A DNA stretch of 64,000 nt from Myxococcales bacterium (lineage in GTDB: Bacteria; Myxococcota_A; Polyangia; Polyangiales; DASUME01), in contig JASGJH010000001.1 of the NCBI GenBank assembly GCA_047601445.1, forward strand, positions 6,528,001 through 6,592,000, given 5' to 3'. How positions within the stretch are numbered: position 1 is the first letter of the stretch; every line of letters starts with the position of its first letter. The notes beneath the pieces were generated by a model. The model was not told the DNA's origin. It ran no database searches and saw only the letters and a list, made by a program, of their open reading frames with translations. The translations under genes were made by a program, and so were the position numbers. Below, in pieces: positions 62,288 through 64,000 of this stretch.

Positions 62288-62665
62288 TCAGGGCAAGGCG
62301 TGACGAATATGATCCTTGAGTTGGGCCGGACGAAAGGGTTTGGTGAGAAAACTGCTGGCGCCCAAGCCGAGGACTCGCTTGCGGGCGCCGTCTCCCTCGC
62401 TGCTCATGATGATCACGGGCAAACCCGGCCGCTCCCGACGCAGGCGCGCGAGCAACGCGTCGCCGCGCAGACGGGGCATGTTCATGTCGAGCAGGACAAC
62501 ATCAACAGAATAGTCGCGCAGCTTCTCCAGCGCCTCTTGGCCGTCACACGCCTCGGCCACTTCGTAGCCCCAACTGGCCAGCAGCGTGACACAAAGCCCG
62601 CGAAGCATGGGCTCGTCGTCGACTACTAAGATTCGCTGCACTTGTTCCTGACAGACCATCTGCAT
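62288..62665 (-). CDS. Single-domain response regulator (CheY-like)
   Basis: ILVVDDE, LLDMNMP, IIMS and KPF motifs. Confidence 0.9.
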   Translation of the reverse strand: MQMVCQEQVQRILVVDDEPMLRGLCVTLLASWGYEVAEACDGQEALEKLRDYSVDVVLLDMNMPRLRGDALLARLRRERPGLPVIIMSSEGDGARKRVLGLGASSFLTKPFRPAQLKDHIRHALP

Positions 62666-62814
62666 CTGTCTGGTGGAATGCAGTTCCCCACCCCAATTCC
62701 TGAGAAAAAGTTGTCCACCTGGCAGTTTTTTCGCTGCCGGGGCGGAGTGCGTCGTTCAAGGACCTCGAAATTCCTGGGCAGAAGGCTCCAGGCGTGGCCA
62801 AGGTCGGCTAAATT

Positions 62815-63657
62815 CTAACTGCTTTCGGTGAGCCAACGCTCCAATGCAGACGCGATCGGGCCCCGCGCGATGTCGTCTTCCCGCAACACGTCGGTCGCTG
62901 CGCGCTTGAGCTCGTGTGGCGACTGAGGCATCGCGAAGGAGCGAGCGGCGTATTCGAACATAGACAGGTCGTTCAGCCAGTCACCGATCACGGCCGTGTT
63001 CTCGTGCTCGATTTCTAGACGCTGGGCTAGCTCGGAAAGCGCGGCGCCCTTGCTGGTCCCCTTGGCGAGTAGGCGAACCACCTGCGTTCCTCCGAGTTCG
63101 AAGCGGAACGTGTCGACGAGAGCTTCGTAGGGATGCAGGGCTTGCTCCACCTCGCTCACTGCGTCGGCTTCGCCAATTCCGAGCAACATGATCGCGTCGT
63201 CATTGCCGCGGAAGGCGCCGACCCGCAGGTCCTGGTGGGTCGTGACCTCGTGGGCCCAGCCGCGCACGAAGCTGTGATGGGCGGACCCCATTTGGCAGGT
63301 GTGGATAGCTTCGTGAGTGAAGACAAAGCTCGCGAGAGAGCCGCGCGCGAAGTGATCGAGGAGGGTTTGCGAGAGCTCGCGGTCCACCGCGCGTCGCGCC
63401 AGCACCCGTTCGGTGGTGCTGCAGGCGAGCACTCCGCCGTCCGCGCAGATCAGGGGAGCATCGAGCCCGAGCACGCGCGCGATGGGGTGTGTACGGCTCG
63501 TGAGCCTACCCGTGGCCAAGGTCACCACCACGCCCTGCTCGCGCGCGCGCTGGATGGCGGCCACATCGTTTGGGTGGATGGTGTCGCCAGGGATCAAGAG
63601 CGTGCCGTCGAGATCCGTGGCGAACAGCTTGTTCGGAGCGGGCCTACTCGTTGGCAT
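62815..63657 (-). CDS. Cof-type HAD hydrolase
   Basis: DLDGTLL, ATGR, SKG.AL and IGDWLNDLSMF motifs. Confidence 0.93.
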   Translation of the reverse strand: MPTSRPAPNKLFATDLDGTLLIPGDTIHPNDVAAIQRAREQGVVVTLATGRLTSRTHPIARVLGLDAPLICADGGVLACSTTERVLARRAVDRELSQTLLDHFARGSLASFVFTHEAIHTCQMGSAHHSFVRGWAHEVTTHQDLRVGAFRGNDDAIMLLGIGEADAVSEVEQALHPYEALVDTFRFELGGTQVVRLLAKGTSKGAALSELAQRLEIEHENTAVIGDWLNDLSMFEYAARSFAMPQSPHELKRAATDVLREDDIARGPIASALERWLTESS

Positions 63658-64000
63658 AGCCGAGAGCCTTCAGGCGCTCTTGAGCTGCTTTGTCCATGGC
63701 GAGGTCGACCTCGCGGGCTTTGAGTGCGCCGGTCTGCGCCTGGGTCGCGGCCTGCTCGAGCTCTTTCTCGGTGTTGCCGAGGAGCGGCTGGTCGGTGGGA
63801 GCGAGGTTCTTCAGTTCGGCGGCGTCGTTCTCGAGCTTGTACAGCTCGCGTTCGGCGAGGCCGCGCGGGTTGCCGGCGTTGGCACGGATGAGCTTCACGG
63901 TGCTGCCGCTCTGACGGGTGCGCAGGCTCGAGAGCACGTTGCCCTCGTGGCTTTCCTCGGCGAACGTCTGCTCCTTGCCGCGGAACAGGTCCACGCCCTG
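63644..64000 (-). CDS. C-terminus of a sulfatase-family protein (5' end outside window)
   Basis: KLI, ELY.L..D..E..NLA and ERLKALGY, typical of sulfatase C-termini. Confidence 0.7.
   Translation of the reverse strand, partial: QGVDLFRGKEQTFAEESHEGNVLSSLRTRQSGSTVKLIRANAGNPRGLAERELYKLENDAAELKNLAPTDQPLLGNTEKELEQAATQAQTGALKAREVDLAMDKAAQERLKALGYANE

Overview
High-GC bacterial chromosome segment. The PEGA, AgmX-like, Cys-rich-repeat and Ser/Thr-kinase genes point to Myxococcota, probably Polyangiales; this is an inference. About 57 CDSs are supported. They cover housekeeping (prkA, coaD, rsmD, pssA, yebC, ruvC, mutM, sfsA), cell-envelope functions (GT39, PpiD/SurA, LpoB with a COG3014-type lipoprotein, a DprE1/DprE2-like pair, a LolA-like protein, GT2, a Spy/CpxP two-component operon) and signalling. 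I found no rRNA, tRNA, CRISPR array, transposase or integrase. Four genes are split by 1-bp frameshifts, three of them at the same GAT[T]CTG context, which suggests methylation-linked long-read errors rather than real pseudogenes. The best candidate for an undescribed system is at about 57.6-62.7 kb. It comprises a GNAT/acyl-amide-synthase-like gene, a 1.27 kb structured intergenic region, an ECF sigma factor fused to a STAS/SEC14-like domain, and a heme-oxygenase-like diiron oxidase with an extra N-terminal domain. Together these look like a small-molecule synthesis and sensing circuit. All product calls come from motif recognition by eye; no database searches were run.
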